A stretch of 64,000 nt of DNA, taken from the human T2T-CHM13v2.0 reference genome, Homo sapiens. Each line of letters begins with the position of its first letter. Position 1 is the stretch's first letter. Both the position numbers and the translations under genes were made by a program. Below are positions 14,255 to 27,755 of the stretch, in pieces. The stretch lies in the NCBI RefSeq assembly GCF_009914755.1, contig NC_060931.1; one strand, written 5' to 3'. Below the pieces are notes generated by a model. That model had not been told where the DNA came from and made no database searches. It worked only from the letters and a program-made list of their open reading frames with translations.

Positions 14255-14340
14255 AAGCCAAAACTTCACCACTGTGAAATACATGTATGTAAGAAATCTG
14301 CACTTGTACCCCTTAAATATATGAAAATTTTTTTTTAAAG
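14255..14340 (+). mobile_element. Short L1 (L1PB-like) 3' terminal fragment
   Basis: cttcaccactgtgaaatacatgtatgtaagaaatctgcacttgtacccc. Confidence 0.75.
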
Positions 14341-14479
14341 GGAAGGGAAGAAAAAGCATACTTACCACATTATGTTTATAGGTTTTTCTTTGAGAACTTT
14401 TACCAAATTATTTACTCCATCACAACCATCATCATTATCATCACCACCATCATCATATTCTTAATATGCAAACCTTTAA

Positions 14480-14585
14480 ATCTGGAATTATTATCTCCAC
14501 TTTCCATAAGAGGAGACAGAGCTCCAGAGAATTACATATGCTGGTGGAATGGACAGAATCCAAATGTAAGCCTGACTCCAGGTCT
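14480..14585 (-). mobile_element. MIR fragment
   Basis: attattatctccactttccataagaggagacagagctccagaga...cctgactcca. Confidence 0.5.
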
Positions 14586-15039
14586 GTTTATAAAAATAAT
14601 CCTTCAAATAGTCCCTCTGTCCCCTAGCAGTGTCTGACAGTGGAGATCAAGCCTTTTCAGAATGTCTTGACAAGTCCAAGATATTCTTTACTGCTCCTAG
14701 ATATAAACCTGGAAGTTTTATGGAAATATGTACTTAAAATTCCTGTTTAATTTTTGCCCTTGGCTGAGGTTACTGAAGTTCTAACATTATAATGAGCCAC
14801 ACTAGTAAGATTTAGAGCCTCACAATTTTTAAGTAATGTACTCATAAGTTATGAACTGCTACCTCATAATTAAAGAGTGTCAACTGGGCCACAAACCATG
14901 GGCATTAATTAATCCTTATGTATTGTACCAGAAAAGCTTTGAACAAATAGAAGTAATTGTCAGTACATAGAGAGAATATATAATAGTCTTTGCTTCTAGA
15001 AAATAACTGTTAATGTTTATGATAATTTTCTTTTTTTGA

Positions 15040-15530
15040 TTTGGGACACCAACACCTTAAACCCCTTTCCCATGTTAAAGGAATCTTGTATGAGTCTCCT
15101 TCTCTCTGTAGAAGTTGAAATCTCCACATTCTGTCTTGTGCAGTTTCCCCAAAAGCTACAGCCTCAGCATCAGATACATGTTACACTAGTCAGATGGACC
15201 TGCTCTGAATGATGAATCTGGATCTAATGACATATGGGAGGCTTAATCATGCAGAAGTTATTTTGTTGATGGGTCATAGGAGTTCTTCCAGTTTCCAGAG
15301 CCAGTGGCACCATCTCTTACAGAGGCAGAGTGCAGTGCCCAGTCTCAGGGGTATGGATGGTGCAATTTGCAATGTTTTGTTTTATGGCCCAAGGCTTTGA
15401 TGTGTTCACTGGGTTAGTTTCTTGCAAAATGTTGGGCTTTGCTTCCAAGCTGGATTTTCTGGCCCTTAAAGTGTTGTTAGGCTGTGAGCTAACAATACTT
15501 TAGGCAAATTCTTAAATCACCCAATCAGCC
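15040..15530 (+). mobile_element. LTR33-like (ERVL) LTR
   Basis: aacccctttcccatgtt...tatgagtctcc...gtagaagttgaaatctccacattc; tccagtttccagag; ctgtgagctaacaatactttaggcaaattc. Confidence 0.7.
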
Positions 15531-16327
15531 TAACTAATGAAAGTTCAATTACGGAATGAATAGGAAAGTATAGGTTATTCAATATCTATCATGCAAATTG
15601 GTATGTGCTTCATGCTTTTATGTACCCTAGTTTCCTCAGTGATATAGGGTTAGGATGAAGAAAATGATCTCTAAACTTGATTGTCAAAGTGTATATTTAA
15701 AATGAATTTACATTTTATCAATATATTTTAAACATATATATTTAGAAAAAATGATGCATTTTCAAGTGTAATATATCAAATGCTCAAAAATCATCTGAAA
15801 TACTTTGATATAGGTGCTTAAATGTGCAAACAAACATTTACACCTTAAAGCCACTTATACATTTGAAGTGTATTTGCGCACAAAACTATTTTAGGTGTTT
15901 GATCTTTATTTTCAGTTAAATTAAAATACTGAAGATATCTAAAAAATATTTACATAAATTATATCTGTAATATTGGTAGGATTATTCTTGTTCTTCAGAT
16001 GTTATGTCTAGTAACACAGTGTGAGATGATTTATCATTGCTATTTGTTAGCTATGAGTTTACTTAACTTACAGTAAGACTACCCTAAGTTGCCATAGGCG
16101 ATCTGCAAATTCTTACTAATGTCAGGCTACAGAAACACACACACACAACACACACGATAGCAATGGTAAAGTGAGCCAATTGCCAAAGCTCTTATCTCTC
16201 TCCTCTAATCTTAAAGTAGTGGATTGTAGCCATTTCCATGCCCATTCTTAGTGTGGACATAATTGAAAACTTCTGTGATGGAAGCAGGTCAAAACAAAGC
16301 AAAATAAAAACCATGCTAAAAAAAATA

Positions 16328-16408
16328 GGAAGGGGAAGAAGAAGAAGAAGGAGGAGGAGGAGGAGGGGAAGGGGAAGAAGAGGAAGAAGGAGGAGGAGGA
16401 GGAGGAGG
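16328..16408. repeat. Polypurine (GAA/GGA)n tract
   Basis: ~80 nt uninterrupted A/G run of gaa and gga units. Confidence 0.95.
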
Positions 16409-16740
16409 CGAATGCCTCTAGGACCAGGGCCTGGCTGTTGTCCAACACCAATTTTTTGGGGGGAATATTAAGGGATAAAGCCCTGAATCACAGCTGTCTT
16501 GGAAGAAGCTCAAGTGTGCACATTGACTGCCCCACTTCTTCATATTAGGCACCCTTCCCCACCCCTGCCCATTAGAACAAAGATAGAATTTCACTGGTTC
16601 CTCTCCATTACGGCCATCCCATCAGGAGTAAATTCCCTCATATTTATTGTATCATTTACTGGAAGGAAGATTTGCCAATGAAAGAAAGCAAAACATTGTA
16701 GCCTGGTTAGTCTAATATAATGAAATAGTTGATCAATTAT

Positions 16741-17798
16741 TATCGGGGGAACCAGCTTCCAATATTTCAATGTAGTTTCTTTCTATTTTCCCTAAGTGTT
16801 GGCTGGTCTGAGAAATAAAGAGAAAGCGTACAAAGAGAGAAATTTTACAGCTGGGCCTCCGGGGGTGTCATCACATATTGGTAGGACCGTGATGGTGACT
16901 TCAAGCCGCAAAACCAGCAAGTTTTTATTAGGGATTTTAAAAGAAGGGGGGTGTACGAACAGGGAGTAGGTCACAAGGATCACATGCTTCAAAGGGCAAT
17001 AAAGATCACAAGACAAGGCAAAATTAGAATTACTGATGAGGGCCTATGTCTCTCTGTGCACGCATTGTCTTGATAAACATTTTAACAGGAAACAGGGTTC
17101 GAGAGCAGACAACTGGTCTGACTAGAATTTACCAGGCTGGAATTTCCCAGCCCTAGTAAGCCTGAGGGTACTGCAGGAGACCAGGGCATATTTCAGTCCT
17201 TATCTCCACCACATAAGACAGACACTCCCAGAGCAGCCATCTATAGACCTACCCCCAGGAATGCATTCCTTCCCCAGGGTCTCAATTATTAATATTCCTT
17301 GCTGGGAAAAGAATTCAGTGATATTTCTCCTACTCACACATCTGTCTATGGGCTCTCTGCAAGAAGAAAAATATGGCTGTATTCTGCCTGACCCCACAGG
17401 CAGTCAGACCTTATGGTTATCTTCCCTTGTTCCCTGAAAATCACTGTTATGCTGTTCTTTTTCAGGGTGCATTAATTTCATATTGTTCAAACACACATAT
17501 TTTACGATCAATTTGTACAATAGTGATCCTGAGGTGACATACATTCTCAGCTTATGAAGATAACAGGATTAAGAGATTAAAGACAGGCATAAGAAATTAT
17601 AAGAGTATTGATTAGGGAAGTGATAAATGTGCATGAAATCTTCACAATTTATGTTCAGAGATTGCAGTAAAGAGAGGCATAAGAAATTATAAAAGTATTA
17701 ATTTTGGGAACTGATAAATGTCCATGCAACCTTCACAATTTATGTTCTTCTGCCTCAGCTCCAGAGACCCCAGTTGGGGTCCCTGACTTCCTGCAACA
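16741..17798 (-). mobile_element. MER11 solo LTR (HERV-K11/HML-8)
   Basis: Minus strand begins tgttgcaggaagtcagggacccc and ends ttcccccgata; internal ~88-bp tandem unit; 6-bp TSD aattat at 16735-16740 and 17799-17804. Confidence 0.93.
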
Positions 17799-18519
17799 AA
17801 TTATATATTTATAAAGATATTTTTTATGGTGCAATCCTTAAATATAAACTGTGTTTTTTTCTTTGGAAATTCATGATTGGGGGTGGTGGTATAAAATTTA
17901 TGCCTTGAAAAATAACTACATTTATAAACTGACATTAATGGTTTATCTTATTAAATATGGGTATACGTATAACACAATCACAATTTTTTAATGACCTTAA
18001 CAGTTTTACTTTCTCTCATAGGTAACATACTACTTTAACTTTATAAAAATAAACAAACAATTTTAAAATCAGAAAATAGCCTTGCTACTTCAAATTACAT
18101 TTGACATAACAAAATTATAAGTATAATAATGATACTTAACTATCCTTTGAAACCTAAAATTTTAACCCATACTATTGTGTTCTTGTAAATACAAATTAAA
18201 TGTTTAATTCTTTTCAATGGATTTTATCTTACTTACAAAAAAGCAGTACATGTATTTGTTGGGAATTGACTAAAAATAAAGTTCATTAATTGATTGTCTT
18301 AAATTTTAGAAAAGTTATTGTTTTTGTTGCTTCAGTCATCAGAAATTATTTATCATTACAAAGAATCACTGTTGTCTTAACTTCCACTGCAATTATTTTA
18401 ATAAAAACTTATGTCCACAGTGTTTAAGTCAATAAATATTTTTAGTCTAAATTTTTTAGTCTAAACCAGACCTTTCAAAAGCTTTTGATTTTGTTGACCC
18501 ATGGCTCTCTCGATCTCTT

Positions 18520-18960
18520 GGTTTTATTGAATCATAATTCACCTAAAAAAATTGACCAATTCCACTCTATGATAATGAAGACACAGAATATTTCCGTAAC
18601 TCCAAAAAGTTCACTTGTCAACCTTTGCAGTAAATCTTCTTCACTCCTCTACCCTCCCTGGCCTTGAGCCCCAGAGAAGCATTAATGTGCTTTATTTCAT
18701 TATTATTTTATCTTTCTCTAGAATATCTCATAGATGGAATAATTCATTGTTTTGTCTCTGCCTTCTTTCATTTAGTACTATGCTTTTGATTTTTACCTAT
18801 GTTGTTTCATATGTCAGTAATGTGTCACTTTTTTGCTGAGTGGTATTTTATAATGTGCTTAACTGTTCTGTAGATATTTGGGTGGTTTCTAGTTTTTTTG
18901 GGTAAAATACTGATATGAATATTTTTATACAAGTACTTGCTTAGACACATGCCTTCTTTT
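18520..18960 (-). mobile_element. Old L1 (L1ME-like) 3' region
   Basis: aagacacagaatatttccgtaactccaaaaagttc...ctagaatatctcatagatggaat...ttttgctgagtggtattt. Confidence 0.7.
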
Positions 18961-19811
18961 TCTTGGCCAGTTTCTTTTCAAATACTCTTTTTCTTTGCCT
19001 TTCATGGCATTATTTTCTGATTTTATTTTTCTCTGTTTGCTTTGCTTTCTAATTTCAATGTTTTCTCGTCAGACTTTATGTACTAAAAGTCATCACATTT
19101 CAACCTTAGGTCTTTTCCTCCTTTCACATTAATTAAATTTTATCTGCATCATGGGTTTAATTATCCCTCATATGCAGTTAACTCAAAATATATCCTCAGC
19201 CTAGAATTCCTAAGCACCGGTTTATTTATCTATCTAACTATTTGACTTCACCCACTGACGTTCTCTGAGGCATCTTCAAATCAATGCATCCAGAAATTTT
19301 AAGATTTTTCATCCCATTAAACCCATTTCTTTCTAATCTTTTCCTTAGTTGTACAATTTAGATAACAATAAAGATCTTCACACCATCGTCCTGTGTTTGT
19401 TAGAGATTGTGCTTTCTCAGTAGTATCTGAAGTCATCTCCCCATTTCCACTGCTTCCTTCCAGTCTTTTTTTTTTCCATGCAGCTGAGTGATCTTCAATC
19501 AGAGATTGACTGATCATGTCAATTTCTCATTTCCCATCTTCTGCTTAAAGTAGATTATTGGTTTCAAATAGCTTATATACTAATAACCAGTCTCTTTATT
19601 TTGTCTTATAAGGTTTGACATAGAAAAGTCCCCCCTAAAATTATCCAGACTAGTTTTGAAATAGTTTCCAGTCTCATTCTCCACACTGCCATCTATCATT
19701 ATCTCAAACCTAACACCCACCCCTGGCCACAGAGCCTTTCCATCAGGAATAACATGACACATGTTACATGAAACATTTCAAACCTCTCTTTATCTGCTTA
19801 AGGCCTATTCT

Positions 19812-20196
19812 TTTTAAAATGTTTGACTGAAAAACAATAATTATATGTATTTATGGAGTTCAACGTGATTTTTTTTTTTCTGAGACAGAGTCTCGCTTTG
19901 TTGTCCAGGCTGGAATGCAGTGGTGCCTCCGCCTCCCAGGTTCAAGTGATTCTCCTGCCTCAGCCTCCCAAGTAGTTGGGATTACAGGTATGCACCATCA
20001 TGCCTGGCTAATGTTTGCATTTTTAATAGAGACGGGGTTTCATCATGTTGCCTAAGCTGGTCTTGAACTCCTGATCTCAAGTGATTCTCCCACCTGGGCA
20101 TCCCAAAGTGCTGGGATTACAAGCATGAGCCACTGTGCCCAGTCATGTGATGTTTTATTCTAGGTACACATTGTGGAATAATTCAATAAAGCTAAT
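19812..20196 (-). mobile_element. L1MA-like 3' end fragment split by an Alu
   Basis: caataattatatgtatttatggagttcaacgtgat [Alu] atgtgatgttttattctaggtacacattgtggaataattcaataaagctaatt. Confidence 0.7.
19868..20143 (-). mobile_element. AluS-type SINE with small internal deletion
   Basis: Both arms; ~18 nt missing at tggtg|cctccgcc; degenerate TSD acgtgattttt / atgtgatgttt. Confidence 0.93.
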
Positions 20197-21511
20197 TTTC
20201 TTTAAATTTAAGTATAAGGTACCACTTCATAAGCAGAGTTTCATTATATGCACTAGGTGCACTAAAAATTCTCCTTCATATACCTGTTGTATTACTGAAC
20301 TTTTTCTGTTAGATTATTTGATTAATGTTGGTCCCTCAAACTAGTCCATAAGATCTATGTTGTCAGGAATTATGCAGATTTAAGTTATCCTTCCATCTCG
20401 CCATATATCAAAGTTGATGCCATGTGGTAAGGACTTAATAAGTATTGTCTGAATGAGTACATTTAATTGATTGAATAGGATTTGATGAGTGTATAAACAT
20501 GGCAAGCTGATCTTGATGAATGTTTCAAGTTTTATGGTTTGAGAAAGAATAAGGAGCCACAAATGGTGGCAAGTTATAGAGGACAAATAATAGGTTCAGA
20601 GAATTAGAAAATGAGTGACATTCCCTTGTATTATATCTTAAATGCTACAACATTATTTGAAATAATGTTTTCTATAAAATGAGGGGGAACTTATATGAAT
20701 AAATTTTCTTATATAGCAAAGGTGCGTGAGGTGTACTTCCAGAAGTAACTTAAAATTGTTCTTATATCTTTTTTCCTTTCACTTTTTCCTATCTCTACTA
20801 GTCTTTCTATGATATTAAAAATATATACATCAAGCACAGGAAACTCCTCAAAAGGTCACCATTAAATGAAGACATAATTAACACATGGGATAAATAACTG
20901 ACAAGTAAGTCACCGAGGATAAGTGAGACGTCAAAGACGAGACAGTGTTTAAAGACCTTTTGAGAAGCCAGTAAACAGTATCAATCATATTGTTGTCAAG
21001 AGGGAGGTGATCAGCAGAGACCAATTTTGCAGAAATACAGGAGACCTGATGCTGAAAAGTCTAAGTGTCTTATGTATGCTTTGAAACATGTAAGGCAGTA
21101 GTTCCCAGTGGAGGTTTTCCCTTGCTCAGGTGCAACAGAGTTTGAAGAGTTTGTGCTGCTTGTTGAAGCATCACAAATGGCATGCTTTGACAGCTGGGGT
21201 ACCTGTTGAATAATTTCTCTGTCAAATATTCAAAATAAAATGGCACAGATGTTAAGGTGCATGAATATGCAGCAAAAATATCCTCCTGAAGGACAACAAA
21301 AAGCTCTTTAAAAGTTTGAAAAGATAGAATGCTCTGTTACTTCTCTATAGTCATTTTAATTGTTACCCTTTGTTTTTAAATTTCTATTAAAATTGAAAGT
21401 TCTGGTGATGTTTTAATTTCCAATGAAAAAAAGTGGAAGCTTTGCTATATCTTTATTTCTACCTCAAATTCAACAAATACCTTCCTTTGATCAGCTTTCA
21501 AAGTGCTGTTT

Positions 21512-21595
21512 ATGTGAATGTAGCAAACCTGCATATGTACCCCCTGAATGTACAATAAAAATGGAAATTATAAAGTGAATAAAATAAAATAAAAT
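21512..21595 (+). mobile_element. Short L1PA-like 3' terminal fragment
   Basis: atgtagcaaacctgcatatgtacccctgaatgtacaataaaa followed by (taaaa)n. Confidence 0.75.
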
Positions 21596-21895
21596 ATATA
21601 TTCCAAGGGTAGCTATCAAAAAGAAGAAAGAGAGGTGCAGGAAATTTCAATTCGGGGTTATAATAACTACGATGGAGTAAAAACTTCTCACTTGGTAGTA
21701 CAGAAGTGGAACACTCCCTAGACCCCCGAGAGCTCAGAGAAGTATTGATTTGTTACACATGATGTAATACTAAAAATAAACCCTGAGGGATAATTAGGAG
21801 GTTAAAAATAATCTTGGCGAAAGAAGTGAAGAAGGGCAGAGAATGTATTATGTGAAGGCCTGAATGTTAAGAAACCAAACACTAGAAGATCTTTA

Positions 21896-22261
<366 letters not shown>

Positions 22262-22389
22262 TTATTCTGGCTTATAACATGTTAAATGAAATTGAATGAA
22301 TGTAATAATTGCTATTTAGTATAGCTATGTCTAAGAAACTAGACCATACTGGCCTAAACCTCTGAAGGTCTTTTATTGAACAAAAAGCA

Positions 22390-22560
22390 AATATATTAAA
22401 TATCTGTTATTTACTATATATCAGATATATGATGTATATCATATACAAATATATATTTTCATTTTAAATACTATATATAAATAATATAATGTATAATTAT
22501 ATAAATATATATTATATATTTACATTAAAATATGTATTTTAAAATATCTTTATATTATTT
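22390..22560. repeat. AT-rich (TA)n low-complexity tract
   Basis: Degenerate tata/ata repeats with almost no G/C. Confidence 0.8.
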
Positions 22561-22724
22561 GAACGTTTTTATTGCCAAGTTTTTATGGGAATTTTATTAA
22601 GAGGGTGAGTTCTGGTCCTCTACATCTCTTCAGTCTGGCATGCTACAAACATGGTTCTTGATGTACTGATTCAAGACGGTGTTGTAATTCTAGCCACAAT
22701 ATCATCCTTTAAAGAATCAGGGAA

Positions 22725-23066
<342 letters not shown>

Positions 23067-23616
23067 TTATCAGTAAGAGACTTCCTAGAAGTCTCATACA
23101 ATGTTTCTTACTCATATTGGCCAGAAATTTGTTCTATGATGTCCCAAGCTCTGTGGGTGAGCAAACAAATTACCACCCTGAGAAAAAGCGAGCTTTTGAA
23201 ATAAAAGGGGAAGGAGGGGTGGATTTGGGATAGGCACCTGTCCCCTTCTTACACATTCCTTGGAAGAAGGATTGTCCTTGGTCTCTCCTGAAAGACAGAA
23301 GATTAGCTAAAGGGCTTTTTAATTTTTTTGGTAATGTGGACTGGAGAACATTAATTAGTACTGAGTGAAACATTGGAAAGGAATTGAAAGACACTTATGA
23401 GGTACGATAATGATGGTTTAGTAATTACTTGAACGTAGGGAAGAAGTGAAAAAGAAAGAAGATGCCAGAATAATTCCTAGGTTTCCATTTTGAGTATTTA
23501 ACTTAAGGAGTTTCTGGAGGAGCTACTATGATAAAGATGATTAATTCAGTTTAAATGATATTTCATCTGAGGTAACTTGGAATGAATTGTAGATGTTTAA
23601 CACATGATTACAAATA

Positions 23617-23969
23617 TAGCCATTCGTCAGTGTTTGTAAGGGGTTGATTACAGAATCCCTGTGGATATTGAAGTCCACAAGTGCTCAAGACTCTTATATA
23701 AAATGATATATTTGCATACAACCTATGCATATTCCCTCTCATACTTTAGATCATCTCTATATTACTATAATATCTAATAATGTAATGTAATGCTATGTAA
23801 ATACTATAATGTAAATGCTATGTAAATAGTTGTCATACTGTATTGTTTAGGGAATGAGAAGGAAAAAGTCTATACGTGTTCAATATAGATGCAACTGTTG
23901 TAGGCCTAACTATGTTTTCAGTCAGTTGAATATACAGATGTGAAATCTTCAGATATGGAAGGCTGACTG
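23617..23969 (+). mobile_element. MER2 (TcMar-Tigger MITE)
   Basis: gctcaagactcttatataaaatg...atgtaaatgctatgtaaatagttgtcatactgtattgtttagggaat...ggaaggctgactg|ta. Confidence 0.88.
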
Positions 23970-24469
23970 TACAGGTTTAGAAGGTTAAGTGGGAGGTCAG
24001 GGAGTGATATCACAAGTACGGATGTTATGTTTAAAAACTTCAATGCTATTGGTGAAAATAATATAGAACATATCTGGAGGGGAAGCAAGATTTAAATAAC
24101 TTCCTTATTCTTATGTGTGAAATATGTGGAGGTAGGGAGTGGAGAATAATTGAAGACCTGTAAATGTTGACATCACCAACAGAGAGGAAGATACTAAAAA
24201 TAAAATGAATAATTAGGAGAAGCAGTCTTAAGAAACTGAAAGGTATGTATTTTATAGCATAATAATTGGACTGTATGAGAGAAACTTCTCTCTTTGTAAT
24301 GGGAAAGGGCTGAGGTGAGAGAGTAAAAAACATGTGTTTGTAGTTGTAAGAACAGAGAGCACAGAGCTCATTATTATTGGCTTCTATTTTCTCAGTGAAG
24401 TATAATTACTTGCTGGCAATGATCAGAGAGAGTTTTGGAATATCAGATGTTCTATTTTTGGTTATTGTT

Positions 24470-25573
24470 GTTACCCCAAATGGTATAAAATTGAATTCTT
24501 TGTACCTAAAGTTAGGAATGAGGCAAGGAAGCCTACTCTTACCACCTTTATTTAATACTATATGAGAAATCCTAGCCATTGCAATCAGGCAAGAAAAATA
24601 AGCAAAGAGCATAAAGGTGAGAAAGGAAGAAATAAGTGTCCTCATTTACAAAAGGCATACTTGTTTAATAAAAAATACTGAGATCTTAAAATCAAACTCT
24701 AAGACATTAAGTCAGAAAACATAAACTACTCATTTTTAATTGTAGCAGTAATTTTAAAATAATTTTAAAATTTAAACAAATGTAAATAAAATTTAATAAA
24801 AACTCTATGGCATTTTAAAAAACAAACACTTAGAAATACATTTCATAAAACTCATGTAAAACCTCTACACAGAAAACTATAAAACCTTGCTCAGAAAACA
24901 ATGATTTATAATGAAGACCTTTATCATGTTTATGAATTGGGAGACTTGGTATTTCAATGTAAATTGTTTCCTAGTTGTTTTATGAATTTAACACCATGCA
25001 AATTATAGTCACAGAAGGCTTATCTTTTAATAGAAATCGACAAATTTAAAGTGACTTATGAATATGTATAATAATGCAAGAGACCAAAGAGTGCCAAAGT
25101 AATTTTGAAAAAGAAGACCAACATGGGAGCCTTACATTACTTGAGTTTAAGAATCACTACAAATAAACAATAATAAAGATATTGTAATATTGTCATAAGA
25201 ATAAAGAATATCAATGTAACAGAAAAGATAGCTAAGAAACAGCATCACCTTTATGCAGTCATTTGAAATCTGAAAAATGCTGTAGAGCAACCTAATGAGG
25301 AAAGCCAAGTGCTTTCAGCAAATGATTTTGGAATAGCTAGTATCCCCATAGTGAAAAGATAAACTTTGATACGTACTTCATACCAAACAGAAATGTTAAC
25401 TTTAGATCATGCATCTAAATATTAATTACAACCACAGTATTAAGAGGTAAACATAAAAATACTTTCAGACTTAGGTGTATGCAAAGAAAGATTTCTCAAA
25501 CTGGACAGAGGAAAAACCAGAGATAAAAGTTTAGACTTGAACCAATTTAAGCACTTCTACTCACCAAAAGACA
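24470..25573 (+). mobile_element. Old L1M ORF2 (RT region onward) fragment
   Basis: Translation LKLGMRQGSLLLPPLFN resembles L1 RT; gcaatcaggcaagaaaaa; many frameshifts and stops. Confidence 0.88.
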
Positions 25574-25574
25574 T

Positions 25575-26100
25575 TGGATTAGTCAGAGGTTTCCAGGAAA
25601 CAAAATCAATAGGATATCTACATATCAAATACACAGAGGCACACATATATATGTGGGGGAAAGAGAGATTTATTACAAGGAATTAGCTTACCTGATTATT
25701 GGCATTTAAAAATGACAAGTTCAAAATGTGCAGAGCTTATGTCCTAGTTGGAGTCCGAAGGCCCACAGCCAGAATTCACTTTTACTTTGGAAAGGATCAC
25801 CCTTTTTATCTGTTCAGGCCTTCAACTGATTGGACGAGGTCCAACCATATTAGGAAGGGCCATCTACTTTACTCAGTCTGCTTAATTAATTAAATCAAAT
25901 TAAGTATATTGAATTAGATTAATCAATTAAATTAATAAATTGATTAAATTAATATTGAATTATTGATGGTTTGAGCAATAGACTGATTAATTGATTTAAT
26001 TAATAAATTAATTGGGTTGGTTAAATTAATCTGCTTTACTCAGTCTACTTTACACATCAGTCTCATCAGAAAACACCCTCAAAGAAACACTCAAAATAAT
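25575..26100 (-). mobile_element. MLT2 (ERVL) LTR with internal AT-rich insertion
   Basis: attagtcagaggtttccagg...gagatttattacaaggaattagct...ttcaggccttcaactgattggacgaggtcc...aaacaccctca. Confidence 0.85.
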
Positions 26101-26119
26101 ATTCACATATGTACATACT

Positions 26120-26600
26120 ATTTTGGAAATAAACACACATGCAACAACAATGATGTATCTCATAGATGCATGCTGACTTGGAGAAGGTAGATTTTAACAG
26201 CAAGTTAATGCGATTAACCTAATATAATCTGTACAAAACTAATCTGTGTTGAAAAAACATCAGAACACTGGTTAACTCTGTACAAAAGGAATTAAATGAG
26301 AAGGGACATGGGGAAACTTTCTGGTATAAAGTAACCATCCTATGTATTGAGATGGATGTGCATTGCATGAGTATTTATTCATCAAAATGGAACTGTTAAG
26401 ATCTGTGCCTTTCAATTTATAGTAACTTCACTTAAAGAAATGAGAATCGGGAACTACTGCATGTGCAGAGTTTAAATAAAACAAACGGCAGATGTTCAAT
26501 ATTTGTTAAGGGGGGATGATAGATACACTGGAGTTCAATATGGTATTTGGGTTACTTTATACATGTTTGAAATATTCCAAGATGTGAATTTAAAATAATG
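26120..26600 (+). mobile_element. Old L1 (L1MC/ME) 3' UTR fragment
   Basis: acacatgcaacaaca...aaaactaatctgtgttg...gggaaactttctgg...ttaagatctgtgcctttc...atgtttgaaatattcc. Confidence 0.7.
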
Positions 26601-27619
26601 TTTAGGAAAATGAGAGTGCAAAATGCCAATGGACCTTGGCAGTTACCATGGAAGCCCAGAGAGGTTGGTTGCCATGTTTGTAGAATTTCTCTGATCTGCC
26701 TAAATGGAGGGTTCATGAAAAGTGACTAGGAAATTCAATCAAACCTCAAGTTTCTGTTCAGTGATTAGAGAATACGGGATCATGGAATATAGTCTGCAGA
26801 AAGAGGAAAATTAGCCTCCCTCAGGCTGATTGATGGAGAGAAAATCCTAAGGTATTTTGGTCTTTGAGGCTAAACCATCCATTTGTGGAGCAAAGCTCAG
26901 TGAGAGAGCTGGAATGAAATGATATGGTGGTCAGAAAGTGAGAGAATAAATTGTATTATTTCAGATAAAGAGGGTAATCAAGGGTGAGAAAATAAGGTAT
27001 ACATTTAACTCCACATACAAAATTGTTTTCTAAATTCATACCCAAGTTTTAAAAAAACTGTTTTATTTTTCAAGCACTCTATCCTTTAACCATAAACATA
27101 AATACAAAGTCATTAAATAGACTTTAAAACAAAATATAAGAAAAAAATTCCCATGAGATAAATGCTATAAAAAATTCCAGGGATATATAGCTGTAAAGAA
27201 ACACTTTTATGGATGATAAGGTATTGGCAGACCATAAATCATCTACAAATGCTGCTGCCAGTCTATGAAAAGTTTAACTTATTCTGCTTTTCAGAGTTAA
27301 GCTTCAATGCATATCAGATGGCAGAATTTGGCCCCCAGTACTACTCAGAGTCTTTTCCTGTGTGGTCAATAATTCAGATTGTCACAAAGAAAGTGCCCTT
27401 GGCAGAGATGGTAAATCACATGAGTATGTAAAATATAAACCAGGCACAAGAATGCTGCTTGATTTGCATTTGTTTAGGAACCATAGGAGATGAAATGGCA
27501 AAATTTTAACCAGCACTAATTAATTTCAGTGTACAGAAGAAAGATTACCAATCCTTATGAAGTGGCTGTGTACAGAAATATCATATATACTTTCTCATTT
27601 TACCCTTAAAATAGATTTG

Positions 27620-27755
27620 TTAGGTTGTCTTTGTCATCCTTACTTTGATGATATGTGTTCAATGACTCAGAAAACTTAAGTGATTTTATAAAGGTTAAAT
27701 TATTAGTAAGATAACAGAAATATAAATCCAAGTTTTTTAGATTCCAAAATCTGTG
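27620..27755 (-). mobile_element. MIR fragment
   Basis: gactcagaaaacttaagtgattttataaaggttaa...agtaagataacagaa...gattccaaaatctgtgc. Confidence 0.5.

Larger units (their letters stand above)
18985..20480 (+). mobile_element. L2 element (fragmented, with nested L1 and Alu)
   Basis: catgggtttaattatccctcatatgcagttaactcaaaat...aggcatcttcaaatcaatgcatcc; 3' end ttaataagtattgtctgaatgagt. Confidence 0.65.

Noticed and set aside
16238-16471. Protamine-like poly-Arg ORF
   Set aside because: Translation of the (GAA/GGA)n simple repeat
17583-17746. ~88-bp tandem duplication
   Set aside because: As I recall, an intrinsic part of MER11 LTR structure rather than a locus-specific event
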